Below, one piece after another: positions 26,246 through 35,057 of a DNA stretch of 44,932 bases. The position numbers and the translations under genes were made by a program. Origin of the DNA: Citrobacter phage phiNP; sequence record OR565852. One strand, given 5' to 3'. Positions within the stretch are counted from its first letter, which is position 1, and each line of letters starts with the position of its first letter. The notes beneath the pieces were generated by a model that saw nothing but the letters and a program-made list of their open reading frames with translations, was not told the DNA's origin and did no database searches.

Positions 26246-27298
26246 TTATTTTTCTGGTAACGCTCTGATTTCTTCAACGGTCTGGTTAAACCGCTCTGTT
26301 TCCAGCTCGACGCCAATAGCCTTACGGCCTAAATCGATCGCCGCTTTTAACGTGGAACCGGAGCCCATGAAGAAATCAGCTACCACATCCCCGGGTCTGC
26401 TGCTCGCGCTGATGATTTGCTTCAGCATGTCAGCAGGCTTTTCGCAGGGATGTTTGCCGGGATAAAACTGGACGGGTTTATGCGTCCATACGTCGGTATA
26501 TGGCACGGCCACCGACACGGCAAAATACCGCCGAAGGGATTTGTACTCCTCCAGCAGTTCGGAATATTTACGGTTCAGTGACTGGTATGTTGCCACCAGT
26601 TGGTGATGAGGCTGCGCCAGTTCGGCACGCTGATGCTTCTCGATAGCGATCCGGGTGAAAAGCTCCTGCAATTTGAGGTAATCCGCTTCACCCGGCAGCT
26701 GCCACTGGCTGGAACCAAACCAGTGCGAAACCATGTTCTTCTTACCAGTGGCCTCGGTGATTTGTTTCGAGGTAACGCCAAGGGATTCCCGGGCATTCTG
26801 AAAATAGGTAATAAGCGGTGTCAGCACATGCTGTTTGAGTTCACCACATTTTGCCGCGTAACCATCGTCTTTGGGCTTGCATGGCCCCTGATAGTGTTCA
26901 GCAAACAGAACACGCTCAGTGGCCGGGAAATACGCGCGCAGACTTTCTTTATTGCAGCCATTCCAGCGACCGCTCGGTTTAGCCCAAATGATGTGGTTCA
27001 GGATGCTGAAGCGGTCGCGCATTAAGATTTCAATATCTGCAGCCAGCCGGTGGCCGCAAAACAGGTAAAGGCTACCGGCGGGTTTCAACACTCGCCAGAA
27101 TTCAGCCAGGCAGCGATCGAGCCAGCGAAGATAGTCTTCATCCCCTTTCCACTGGTTATCCCATCCGTTTGGCTTCACCTTGAAGTAAGGCGGATCGGTA
27201 ACAATCAGGTCGATGGAGTTATCAGGAAGGGTGGCGATGTAATGCAGGCAGTCAGCGTTGATTAACTCAACACTGTTTATTTTTACAGTATTTTTCAT
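26246..27298 (-). CDS. DNA methyltransferase, beta-class N6-adenine/N4-cytosine family (DPPY … FxGSGS order). It is the first long gene of the late operon.
   Basis: Motif IV LIVTDPPYF lies near the N-terminus and motif I DFFMGSGSTL near the C-terminus. Confidence 0.7.
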   Translation of the reverse strand: MKNTVKINSVELINADCLHYIATLPDNSIDLIVTDPPYFKVKPNGWDNQWKGDEDYLRWLDRCLAEFWRVLKPAGSLYLFCGHRLAADIEILMRDRFSILNHIIWAKPSGRWNGCNKESLRAYFPATERVLFAEHYQGPCKPKDDGYAAKCGELKQHVLTPLITYFQNARESLGVTSKQITEATGKKNMVSHWFGSSQWQLPGEADYLKLQELFTRIAIEKHQRAELAQPHHQLVATYQSLNRKYSELLEEYKSLRRYFAVSVAVPYTDVWTHKPVQFYPGKHPCEKPADMLKQIISASSRPGDVVADFFMGSGSTLKAAIDLGRKAIGVELETERFNQTVEEIRALPEK

Positions 27299-27447
27299 AG
27301 ATCAGTAAGCGGGACTCTGATAGGCTCACTGTGCTTTAGCGCTAAAGCGGTGGGCCTCGGTTCGCTTGTGACCTCAAACATGAGCGAATGGCTGGTGGAG
27401 TGCTCCAACACCCACCAGCCGCCCATTTTCACAGCCAATAGCCACCA

Positions 27448-27636
27448 TTACTGGAGGCGCTTATAACATCCGAATTGATAAAACGAAAACCCCGCCATCA
27501 CTAATTGCGTGAGTATAAATTCACAGCGTGCAAGGCTCAGGTGTGTATTCTCTGCAATTTCCCCAGCGGTCGCTGGCGTTGTACTTAGTTCATTAAGAAT
27601 TGCTTTCGCTTCTTCTGTCATATCTTGCTGATTTAG
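27448..27636 (-). CDS. Small hypothetical protein, the first ORF after the late promoter. The track ORF extends to 27711.
   Basis: A 62-87 aa ORF between the pR'-like promoter/terminator and the MTase gene. Confidence 0.3.
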   Translation of the reverse strand, partial: LNQQDMTEEAKAILNELSTTPATAGEIAENTHLSLARCEFILTQLVMAGFSFYQFGCYKRLQ

Positions 27637-27718
27637 CATGTCTTTTACCTTAAAAAATAGTGTGACATACAGATAACTCTGGTCGCCGACAGCAGCAAGA
27701 AGTCTTTGCAAAAGACAT

Positions 27719-27741
27719 AAAAAAACCCCGCCGAAACGAGG
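27719..27741 (-). terminator. tR'-like intrinsic terminator on the minus strand (5'-CCUCG-UUUCGG-CGGGG-UUUUUUU).
   Basis: A hairpin with one G·U pair followed by a 7-U tract. It lies ~60 nt downstream of a candidate late promoter and just downstream of the Q-position gene, which is the lambdoid pR'-qut-tR' arrangement. Confidence 0.45.
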
Positions 27742-27772
27742 TTAGATACAGTTTTGACAAAATATCAAATTA

Positions 27773-27810
27773 GCCTTAAATATGGCTCATTTTGTTGCAT
27801 TTTGCAAGCG
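27773..27810 (-). promoter_or_regulatory. Candidate late promoter pR' (minus strand: TTGCAA … CATATTT).
   Basis: A -35/-10-like pair is immediately downstream of the Q-position gene and upstream of the short terminated leader. Confidence 0.35.
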
Positions 27811-27837
27811 CGTTAGACGGAGTTAGTGAAATTTAGG

Positions 27838-28533
27838 TCACATTTCCAGCGCATTAGCCACTTCCAGCCCTTCGCGCCTGATGAGGATCGTTTGCAGCGC
27901 CTGAGTGTCAAGCTCGACGAATGCCGCTTTAAATCTCGCCCAGTGCGATGCATACACACGTAACCAGGTTGAACGATCCACAGACATCATTCGCGCCAGC
28001 GCCGCACCGGCGTATTCTTTATATGTGTCATTGCTTCTGGCCGCAGCCACCTCCTGCGCTGCCAGCCAGACAAGACCGACCAGTTTTTTCACTACCCGTG
28101 ATTGCAGCTTCTTCTCTACCCTGCAATTCTGAAACTCATTCCATACATGCTGGCACATCAGCGTCTGGTACCTGAAGTTCAGATCGAAACCGTAGCAGTA
28201 ACGGATCCATGCCTGCTGGTAGTCATCCAGTGAATTGATTACCCGGCGCCACGGCGCGTAACTAAATTCCAGATCCTGCATTGGCGGGAACGGTCGCCGC
28301 CGGCTTCTCGTTTCCAGCACATAAACAGGCGTGGTTAATGCCTTCACAAGCGAGTGTCCACAGCCTTCCCCGCCCTCCAGTTCGATAAGAGGCTGCCCGC
28401 AGCGGGGCGTTTTATTTTTGTCTGCCGGTGGATGTTCGCTAAACGCCTGCAGTTGCCCCTTTGTCCCTTCAGATAAATTCGCCAGGGCGCGCTTTACTTC
28501 TATACGGGTATATTCAATGGCCTGTAAGTTCAT
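27838..28533 (-). CDS. Putative late-gene antiterminator Q.
   Basis: A 231 aa protein at the canonical position, downstream of the nin-like genes and directly upstream of the pR'/tR'-like elements and lysis cassette. Sequence alone is not diagnostic. Confidence 0.5.
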   Translation of the reverse strand: MNLQAIEYTRIEVKRALANLSEGTKGQLQAFSEHPPADKNKTPRCGQPLIELEGGEGCGHSLVKALTTPVYVLETRSRRRPFPPMQDLEFSYAPWRRVINSLDDYQQAWIRYCYGFDLNFRYQTLMCQHVWNEFQNCRVEKKLQSRVVKKLVGLVWLAAQEVAAARSNDTYKEYAGAALARMMSVDRSTWLRVYASHWARFKAAFVELDTQALQTILIRREGLEVANALEM

Positions 28534-28554
28534 TCAGATTAGCGCTCCATACAC

Positions 28555-29646
28555 TTACGCTTTAACAATTACGCCGATCGCCAGCGCCCGATCCAGAAAA
28601 CGAAACAGCAGTTCCAGCTGTGTGCCATATTTCTGCTCGAACGCCGCTACATCGGCATGCAATTTGTCGTGGCACTCTCTGCACAGAGGGAACACGAACA
28701 GGTCATGGGCTTTGGTAGCAGTGCCACCCATCCCATGACCGATAACATGATGCGGATCGTCTGCCGGACGGCGACAACACTCGCAGGGCTGACTTTTAAC
28801 CCAGCGCGTATACTTCTCATTCTCCCAGCGGCGGCGCTTAGGCCGTAACATGAACGACTCCGGTGATTCAGGATCTGCGCTCAATGCAATAACCCTTGGC
28901 TGCTGCTCCTGCATTACCTGCTGATTTTCCTGTGGCCTGCACCTTTTTAACGATCCAGCCGTTTTTATCCTCCTCTGCAGGGCGACGGTTGGTCGGTTAT
29001 CTGCGGCAATAATGTCGCTTTCTTTATATACAGATGGGAACGGTTCATAGGGCATCTGCATCACTCTGGCTGCCAGTTCTTCCGGAATGGCATCTGCCAC
29101 ACCGACATAAATAGCCCACCAGCACAGCTCAGCGATCGACAATTCCCGCTCGCGATTAAACCGAAGGCCGACCAGCACGGTATCAATGATCCAGTCAATA
29201 ACGTTACGGCGCGCTATACCAGCCAACAGATCGGTTGACTGCTCACGAAGTTTGTTATCGCAGTGCCAGCAAAGCATCATCGCGCCCGGGGCGTGTCGCA
29301 TGGTCACCAGCTCATGATGGTGATAATCCGAGTGCGGGTACTGACATTCACCGATATTCCGCTCAAGCCAGTGATCCAGCCCGGAGAGACTACCCGCAGC
29401 ACGGATCACCCTCTCATCAGTGAAGAATGGGATCAGCGCTTCATCCTCCGCCAGCGGCTGCCGGGCATCAGGAACACGGCCGGTTGACAGCCTGGCCATG
29501 TTCTCCGGTTCGGACTCCACCAGCACGCGCCCCGCGGAGAAAAGGCGCATTAACTCTTTGCCCGGTTTGAGCAGTACCACGCCAAGACGTGGCACAACTT
29601 CAGGGGTTAACAGCGCTCTCATGCAACCTCCCGCTGCTGGTTGCAT
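28555..29646 (-). CDS. NinG/DUF968-like protein with a C-terminal HNH/zinc-binding motif.
   Basis: The C-terminus reads …CECCRRPADDPHHVIGHGMGG…CRECHDKLH…. It occupies a nin-region position. Confidence 0.45.
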   Translation of the reverse strand: MQPAAGGCMRALLTPEVVPRLGVVLLKPGKELMRLFSAGRVLVESEPENMARLSTGRVPDARQPLAEDEALIPFFTDERVIRAAGSLSGLDHWLERNIGECQYPHSDYHHHELVTMRHAPGAMMLCWHCDNKLREQSTDLLAGIARRNVIDWIIDTVLVGLRFNRERELSIAELCWWAIYVGVADAIPEELAARVMQMPYEPFPSVYKESDIIAADNRPTVALQRRIKTAGSLKRCRPQENQQVMQEQQPRVIALSADPESPESFMLRPKRRRWENEKYTRWVKSQPCECCRRPADDPHHVIGHGMGGTATKAHDLFVFPLCRECHDKLHADVAAFEQKYGTQLELLFRFLDRALAIGVIVKA

Positions 29647-31379
29647 AACTCGGGCAGGTTGGCTTCTACCAGCGCACGGGCAAACGGGGGCGGAACGGCG
29701 TTACCGCAGCGCGCTACCTGCTTGTCTTTTGCATAGCGCTGGCCGCGATAATCACGATCGATAATGTAACCTTCAGGAAAGCCCTGGGCCTTATACAACT
29801 CATGAGGCTGCAACATGCGCATGCCAATATCGACGATCTGGTAGTCGGCACCATCAACCGTTACCAGGCCGAAGCGATCATTGGTTGTGACGGTTCCCAG
29901 CGGTTCATCCAGCGATACGCCGCTTTTTTCATTTCCGTAGTACTTCATCAGGAAGGCGCGAACCTCTCCGATATGCAGACCGCCGGCGGTCACCGTAGGC
30001 ATGGGCTGATCCACTTTTCGACCGTCTTTGCAGGTACCGCGCAGATGAACCAGGTGTGAGGTCACAACAGCATGGTGATCAGTGGTCGTAACGGTATGCG
30101 CAGGTGCATCCATAGCGGCACCCGGCCCCGTATAATTACCGCCGAAGTGTTTCGCCAGAAAGGTGGTCACCAGCTGCGACTTTCCACCACCGCCAGCGGT
30201 TACTGTTCCATTGGGTTCATCAGCGCCGTGTCCGGTACTGTTACCAAACTGGCGGGCTATCATTGGCGCCACCAGGCAGGCGCGGGACTCTTTTAACACG
30301 GTGTGGGCCGGTTTATTTATCGCCCGCGGCTTCGCCTGATATTCGCTACCACCATTACCGGCGATAAACGGGGTAACGACAGCGTATCCATGGGTTTTGG
30401 TAATAGTCTGCAGCGGACTATCAATGCCCTGCCCACGAAAGCAGTCATATGCCGTGCGGCTGCTGGTGTGATTACACTTCACAATAAACGGTGTCGGGTT
30501 GTTCAGCACAAACCGCTCAATACCACGCGCAATGCGCTTCAGCGTATTTTCCGCCAGCAGCTTTGGGCGCTCAAAAATGCTCTGGCAGGGGATTGACCAG
30601 TCGATACACTCCGCCGCGGTACGCCATGGCGCCAGCCTGCCGCTCTGAACTTCCAGCGATTTAGGATCGCCATGTGTTGGCTCTGGCCAGTGAATTTCCT
30701 CACCATCACAGCGCATGACCATGAAGAATCGCTTGCGGATCGTCGGCGCGCCGAAATCGCAGGCTCGCAGTTCGCGATAATCGATGCCGTAGCCCAGCCC
30801 GTTAATAAGGCGCTGCGCCTGCTCGCTGCCTTTAGGTACAGACAGGAACTCGCACACCTCAGACAGGGCGGGATGATCCGCAGGTATGCCGGTGGATAGC
30901 ATGCCAACAAACGCCGCGAAGGTTTCGCCCGCGCGGGATGGATCCGGGCGCATTTCGTCTGCCAGCAGCGGCCCCCACGTTTTGAACTCCTCCACGTTCT
31001 CCAGCATCATGACACGCGGGCGCTTCGCCAGCGCCCAGCGTACTACTACCCACGCCAGACCGCGAATCTCTTTTTTTACCGGCTTAGCACCCTTCGCCTT
31101 TGAGAAGTGGCGGCAATCAGGGCTAAACCAGGCCAGGCCGACCGGATTACCACCAGTGGCCGCCAGCGGATCAACGTCAAACACGGACTCGCAGTAATGC
31201 AGGGTATCGGGGTGGTTAGTTTTGTGCATAGCGATCGCGTTTTCATCGTGGTTGATGGCAATATCCACGCTGCGCCCGATCGCCAGCTCGATCCCGGTAC
31301 TCGCGCCGCCGCCACCAGCAAAGTTATCAACGATAATTTCACGCATTGACGGCTCCCTGCATGCTGTAGACCAGACCAC
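29619..31379 (-). CDS. C5-cytosine DNA methyltransferase (Dcm-like) with an expanded, repeat-containing variable region. It is probably multispecific.
   Basis: Motif I IVDNFAGGGGAS, motif IV FSPDCRHFS, motif VI MLENV and motif X CGNAVPP are all present. The variable region has about six repeats of the TRD-like element xPxxT(V/I)T(A)xGGG…(L/V)V: DSPLQTITK, NKPAHTVLK, DEPNGTVTAGGGG, DAPAHTVTTT, DQPMPTVTAGG and DEPLGTVTTN. Confidence 0.75.
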   Translation of the reverse strand: MVWSTACREPSMREIIVDNFAGGGGASTGIELAIGRSVDIAINHDENAIAMHKTNHPDTLHYCESVFDVDPLAATGGNPVGLAWFSPDCRHFSKAKGAKPVKKEIRGLAWVVVRWALAKRPRVMMLENVEEFKTWGPLLADEMRPDPSRAGETFAAFVGMLSTGIPADHPALSEVCEFLSVPKGSEQAQRLINGLGYGIDYRELRACDFGAPTIRKRFFMVMRCDGEEIHWPEPTHGDPKSLEVQSGRLAPWRTAAECIDWSIPCQSIFERPKLLAENTLKRIARGIERFVLNNPTPFIVKCNHTSSRTAYDCFRGQGIDSPLQTITKTHGYAVVTPFIAGNGGSEYQAKPRAINKPAHTVLKESRACLVAPMIARQFGNSTGHGADEPNGTVTAGGGGKSQLVTTFLAKHFGGNYTGPGAAMDAPAHTVTTTDHHAVVTSHLVHLRGTCKDGRKVDQPMPTVTAGGLHIGEVRAFLMKYYGNEKSGVSLDEPLGTVTTNDRFGLVTVDGADYQIVDIGMRMLQPHELYKAQGFPEGYIIDRDYRGQRYAKDKQVARCGNAVPPPFARALVEANLPELCNQQREVA

Positions 31380-32220
31380 CAGCCACGGTGATTATTTCGC
31401 TGGTGGGCATACGCTCAAGCCAGAGCTGATTGATGTTCGCCTTCAGCTTGTTCTGCTGGGCCAACTCCAGAGAATCCGCTCCCTCAACCTGATTGAATAC
31501 CAGGCCAACCTCCAGCGGCCAGATACGCGACTCCACTTCTGGCTGTCCCAAGCCAGCAGGCATAACGTCTTCCACCGGGGCTGGCGGCACCACTTTTTCC
31601 GCGGCAAATTGGGCCAGCGACATAAATGCCCGCCCCTTAGCCTCTAGATCACTGCGATGAATGTAGCTGAAACGCTCGCCCCGCCATGTCTTATCGAATA
31701 CCACTATGGCGCCAGCGAAAAATGCGCTGGTAGGCTGCTGTTTCTCGTCTGCCGGGATAAACCATGCAGGCAGGTCGAAGCCAATGCGGCCACGGATGAA
31801 AACAATATGATCAGCATCTTCAGGCCACCATGTTTCACTAGGTGCCGCTTTGATGAGGAACACATAGCGACCGCCCTTCTCACGCATGGCAGAGGCATAG
31901 CTCATGATATGACTCATGCCGGTGATCGCCTGCTTACCGTCGTATTGCGATCGGCTATAGGGCGGATTGCCGAACGCGGCGCCACCGATGGCGATCAGCA
32001 TTTCCGACCAATCCTGTGTCAGAGCGTTATCTTCGGCGGTGTACCAGACCGGGCATTTGGCGTTACTGTCGTCGGCGAACAAATCCAGCATCAGCGGCCC
32101 AAACATCGCATTGATGCCCCAGAACAACAGTTCCGGCGTGCGCCACTGATCGCCAACTTCTTTTAACTCGTGGACTGGCTTGCTACGTAGTTCAGCCAGC
32201 GCCAGGCAGTATTTATTCAT
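31339..32220 (-). CDS. Phage Dam-family (PF05869-like) N6-adenine DNA methyltransferase.
   Basis: …DQWRTPELLFWGINAMFGPLMLDLFADDSNAKCPVWYTAEDNAL…AFGNPPYSR… gives the TP…LF, NAKC and NPPYS signatures. The gene is translationally coupled to the replication gene (ATGA). Confidence 0.7.
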   Translation of the reverse strand: MNKYCLALAELRSKPVHELKEVGDQWRTPELLFWGINAMFGPLMLDLFADDSNAKCPVWYTAEDNALTQDWSEMLIAIGGAAFGNPPYSRSQYDGKQAITGMSHIMSYASAMREKGGRYVFLIKAAPSETWWPEDADHIVFIRGRIGFDLPAWFIPADEKQQPTSAFFAGAIVVFDKTWRGERFSYIHRSDLEAKGRAFMSLAQFAAEKVVPPAPVEDVMPAGLGQPEVESRIWPLEVGLVFNQVEGADSLELAQQNKLKANINQLWLERMPTSEIITVAGGLVYSMQGAVNA

Positions 32221-33089
32221 GAGCGAAATCCCGAGTTTTCTGGTAGTGAATAATCCACATCTTTGAAGGTTGCCCGCGCAGCAGGGCTGTGGTTGTTAAC
32301 CCACTCGCCATTTTTGCGCTCAGGGCGACCAGCCTTGTGCCATTTGTTCGCGGCCTGCAGGTAACCAGGGAATTTCGTTGGGTGAAACAGTGTCGTAGGT
32401 CGAAGGTACTCGGACATTTTAAAATCCTGCCCCCATTTCTCGGTCATGTACTCCACAACCAGAGTGAGTTCGTAGATGGTGAACCCCTCCCCCAGCCGGG
32501 CGCGAATATTCTCCAGCGACGTTTTCCCCACCTGATAACGGGATCCTGTTTTTTGGTTCAGAAAAGTCAGAACCTGTTTAGCCTGATCAGTGATCTCCAC
32601 AGCAGGGGCGGGTTGCGACGCAACCGGACAAGAAGTTTTTTTATCTGATGGATCAGTAGTTGATTTTACTGACGGATCCCCGCCAGATTCTGACGGGTGA
32701 AAACCGCCATTTTTATCAGATTTTGACGCCTCAATTTTTGACGGGTCAGATTTTGATGCGTCAGATTTTGACGGGTCAGAATCTGGCAGGTGAGAGAATG
32801 CCGCCGCCTGGAGTTTCCTCACATTAAGTCGATAAACATTGGATGCATTACGGTTACCCTGGCGGCGAGCGGTACGGGTCAACCACCCTTCAGCTTCCAG
32901 CTTTGCAATAGCCGTTCTGACTGTGCTGGACCCCGCCCCAATCTGGCGAGCGATAGTCTCAATGGACGGCCAGGAAACGCCTTCATCGTTACTGAAGTCT
33001 GCCAGGCGTGCCATGATTGCGACACTGGAAATCTTCATGCCAGCCGCCGCACAGCCATCCCAGACGTATGCAGATAATTTAACGCTCAC
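32217..33089 (-). CDS. Replication initiation protein with an N-terminal winged HTH, a C-terminal conserved phage replication domain and iterons embedded in its coding sequence. The start is GTG.
   Basis: The N-terminus reads …ISSVAIMARLADFSNDEGVSWPSIETIARQIGAGSSTVRTAIAKLEAEGWL…. An internal S/D/K linker (DSDPSKSDASKSDPSKIEASKSD) is encoded by the direct repeats. The arrangement mirrors lambda O with ori-lambda. Confidence 0.6.
   Translation of the reverse strand: MSVKLSAYVWDGCAAAGMKISSVAIMARLADFSNDEGVSWPSIETIARQIGAGSSTVRTAIAKLEAEGWLTRTARRQGNRNASNVYRLNVRKLQAAAFSHLPDSDPSKSDASKSDPSKIEASKSDKNGGFHPSESGGDPSVKSTTDPSDKKTSCPVASQPAPAVEITDQAKQVLTFLNQKTGSRYQVGKTSLENIRARLGEGFTIYELTLVVEYMTEKWGQDFKMSEYLRPTTLFHPTKFPGYLQAANKWHKAGRPERKNGEWVNNHSPAARATFKDVDYSLPENSGFRS
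32683..32795. repeat. Origin iterons: about six direct repeats of the consensus TCAGATTTTGACGGG inside the replication gene.
   Basis: The repeat copies are CCAGATTCTGACGGG, TCAGATTTTGACGCC, TCAATTTTTGACGGG, TCAGATTTTGATGCG, TCAGATTTTGACGGG and TCAGAATCTGGCAGG, at 15-16 bp periodicity. Confidence 0.6.
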
Positions 33090-33265
33090 TTATCTACCCT
33101 CACGAATCTGGAACGAAACACGATCAGCGGTGCCGCACATTCCCAGTCATATCCTGGGCGGCGGTAGATAACACGCTGTCCAGTTGCGTCATAACCGATC
33201 ACATTTACGACAATACCGTGATGATCCCGGTAATATCGGTTCAGAGGTTGAATATGCTCTGTCAC
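33090..33265 (-). CDS. Small hypothetical ORF (58 aa, GTG start) abutting the replication gene start.
   Basis: Hand translation gives VTEHIQPLNRYYRDHHGIVVNVIGYDATGQRVIYRRPGYDWECAAPLIVFRSRFVRVDK. Its stop is adjacent to the GTG start of the replication gene. Confidence 0.2.
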
Positions 33266-33266
33266 G

Positions 33267-34001
33267 TTAGCCCCCCATCAATTCGGAGGCGTAGCGCTCG
33301 GCGATCCACTGGACGCCACGAGGTGTTACGCGGGTTTGCGTATAGGCATGACCGAAATCAGACGTGCCGGTTTTGACAGTGAACAGGCCCTCCCGCTGGC
33401 GCAGGGCATGAGGCAGCAAATTGCCGGACTGGCGGAACAAAACCTTGTCACGCACCAGTGCATCTATCATGGCTTTTTCCGGCATGTTGAGGATCTTCGC
33501 CGTCTCACGCAGGCCTTTGGCGCCGCCAGACTCTACGTAGTGGTTTACGAACGCCACCTTTGGCGCGTCCTGCTGAACCTTATGTGACAGCTGCGCATTC
33601 TGCTCTGCCATATCGGCGGCCAGGCGGAGCGCTTCGGGGAGGGTCTGGGGAATTAATGCTGTGCTTTCCAGCTCCTGCCAGCGATCCACAACCGCAGCCG
33701 TAAACTCAGGAGAAAGTCTGGCAACCAGCACCAAAGAATCGCGTTTGTTGAACCGATATTCCTGATAAACGTTGCCGTTATGCTCAAAATCGAACTGCGC
33801 CAACGGCGCGGTTAAAAGACCAGCAGCATTCAGGCGCTCAGCGGAGCGTTTGACGTCACCATGTTTACTCTGCACAAGAGCGGCGATTTCACGGCTGCTC
33901 ATTGTCACTACGCCGCCGAATGCAGGTGAAAAACCAGCAGCCTGTGCGCGATTAATCAATTGCTGTGGCATTTTGCTGACCTCCCCGGGAAATAAAGTCA
34001 C
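33267..34001 (-). CDS. Rha-family regulatory protein / antirepressor-like (Phage_pRha N-terminal domain plus KilA-C-like C-terminal domain).
   Basis: …[24 protein letters not shown]… is the Rha N-domain signature. The C-terminal ~120 aa resemble the ANT/KilA-C DNA-binding domain. The start may be an internal Met. Confidence 0.5.
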   Translation of the reverse strand: MTLFPGEVSKMPQQLINRAQAAGFSPAFGGVVTMSSREIAALVQSKHGDVKRSAERLNAAGLLTAPLAQFDFEHNGNVYQEYRFNKRDSLVLVARLSPEFTAAVVDRWQELESTALIPQTLPEALRLAADMAEQNAQLSHKVQQDAPKVAFVNHYVESGGAKGLRETAKILNMPEKAMIDALVRDKVLFRQSGNLLPHALRQREGLFTVKTGTSDFGHAYTQTRVTPRGVQWIAERYASELMGG

Positions 34002-34149
34002 CCACAGCCCACTCGGTAAAGCTGTGGTTCACGAGTGCCCAGCCGCCGGGTACTCTTACGGCATAGCAATACGTGACATCGCCTTTGCCACCACGAACTG
34101 GCAGCGCGCGAAGTTGCGAACGCTGGCTATTTGCGGTTAAATTGCTCAT
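33952..34149 (-). CDS. Small hypothetical protein (66 aa).
   Basis: ORF coupled to the stop of the upstream gene (ATGA at 34146-34149). Confidence 0.2.
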   Translation of the reverse strand: MSNLTANSQRSQLRALPVRGGKGDVTYCYAVRVPGGWALVNHSFTEWAVGDFISRGGQQNATAID

Positions 34150-34703
34150 GCGGATTTCTCCATACACATAGATTTATCTGCCACGACGCCCGGAGCTGCA
34201 CACTCGCGGGCGTCACTCTTTTCTGGCTGGCAGAAAACGCGGAAAAGCAGCGTTAAATGCTCCTGCCACTTAGCCATGACCTGATAGCTGTTCTCCTCTA
34301 TCTGCGCCCTTTCGGCATCGTCAATCACGCCGTCTGCTGTCGCCTTTCGCACATACTGAGAATGACGCCCGATCCATTCGACCGACTCCATCAGACGTTG
34401 ATTGATGTCGGCGTTATCAACTTCTTCCACGTCCGCCAGCGGCACGAATACGCCGTTTGAATGGCGCGCTATGGCATCGGCGATGTGGTTTGAGCCACCA
34501 GCGCTCTGCAGCACCATTGCCCAGCCCAGCGGGAAAACCTGGTCGCCGTCGGCACGCAGGCGGTTAAAGAGCGAATTTTCCGTAACATCAAGCCATTCAG
34601 CCGCCTCGGCGTATCCGCCAGGCAGTTCAGCGATCGTTTTTTTAATTGCTGCCACCAGCCAGGCTGGCTGACGTTCAACTTTCCACTGCGGTTCGTTACC
34701 CAC
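34146..34703 (-). CDS. Early regulatory protein at the cII position (185 aa), possibly YdaT-like.
   Basis: It lies immediately downstream of and overlaps the Cro-like gene. No clear family motif is visible. Confidence 0.3.
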   Translation of the reverse strand: MGNEPQWKVERQPAWLVAAIKKTIAELPGGYAEAAEWLDVTENSLFNRLRADGDQVFPLGWAMVLQSAGGSNHIADAIARHSNGVFVPLADVEEVDNADINQRLMESVEWIGRHSQYVRKATADGVIDDAERAQIEENSYQVMAKWQEHLTLLFRVFCQPEKSDARECAAPGVVADKSMCMEKSA

Positions 34704-34959
34704 GGCTATCCCCTTTTTTCTGTGGTGCAGCTTTAACGCTCTTCCCTGTAGGGTTTACATAACGCTGCGGGTACAAAATCTGGAGTTCGTCTATCTGGCC
34801 CGAATAAAACTTCACCAGCCTTTCAGCTACATCGAGAGAAGCAATTTGCTGTCCCCGTTCAATTCGGCTTAAGTTGGCAGGATCAATGCCCACCAAGTTG
34901 GCGACATATGAGAGTGTTAAATTTTGCGATTTTCGCAAATTTCTTAGCGGTGATTGCAT
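34696..34959 (-). CDS. cro: Cro-like XRE-family HTH repressor.
   Basis: …NLTLSYVANLVGIDPANLSRIERGQQIASLDVAERL… is an XRE HTH. The gene is divergent from cI across an operator-rich 98-bp region. Confidence 0.65.
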   Translation of the reverse strand: MQSPLRNLRKSQNLTLSYVANLVGIDPANLSRIERGQQIASLDVAERLVKFYSGQIDELQILYPQRYVNPTGKSVKAAPQKKGDSRG

Positions 34960-35057
34960 AAAGCCCCCTATAATTGCGCAATACGCATATTAATGTGTAC
35001 TTACGACTTGCGCAAGTTGCTTTGCATATCACGCAAAAACAACCTGTAATAGAACGC
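34960..35057. promoter_or_regulatory. OR-like immunity control region with divergent promoters and repeated TTGCGCAA-type operator half-palindromes.
   Basis: AATTGCGCAATACGCAT (34970-34986), CTTGCGCAAGTTGC (35008-35021) and TCACGCAAAAAC (35029-35040) lie between the cro and cI starts. Confidence 0.5.
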
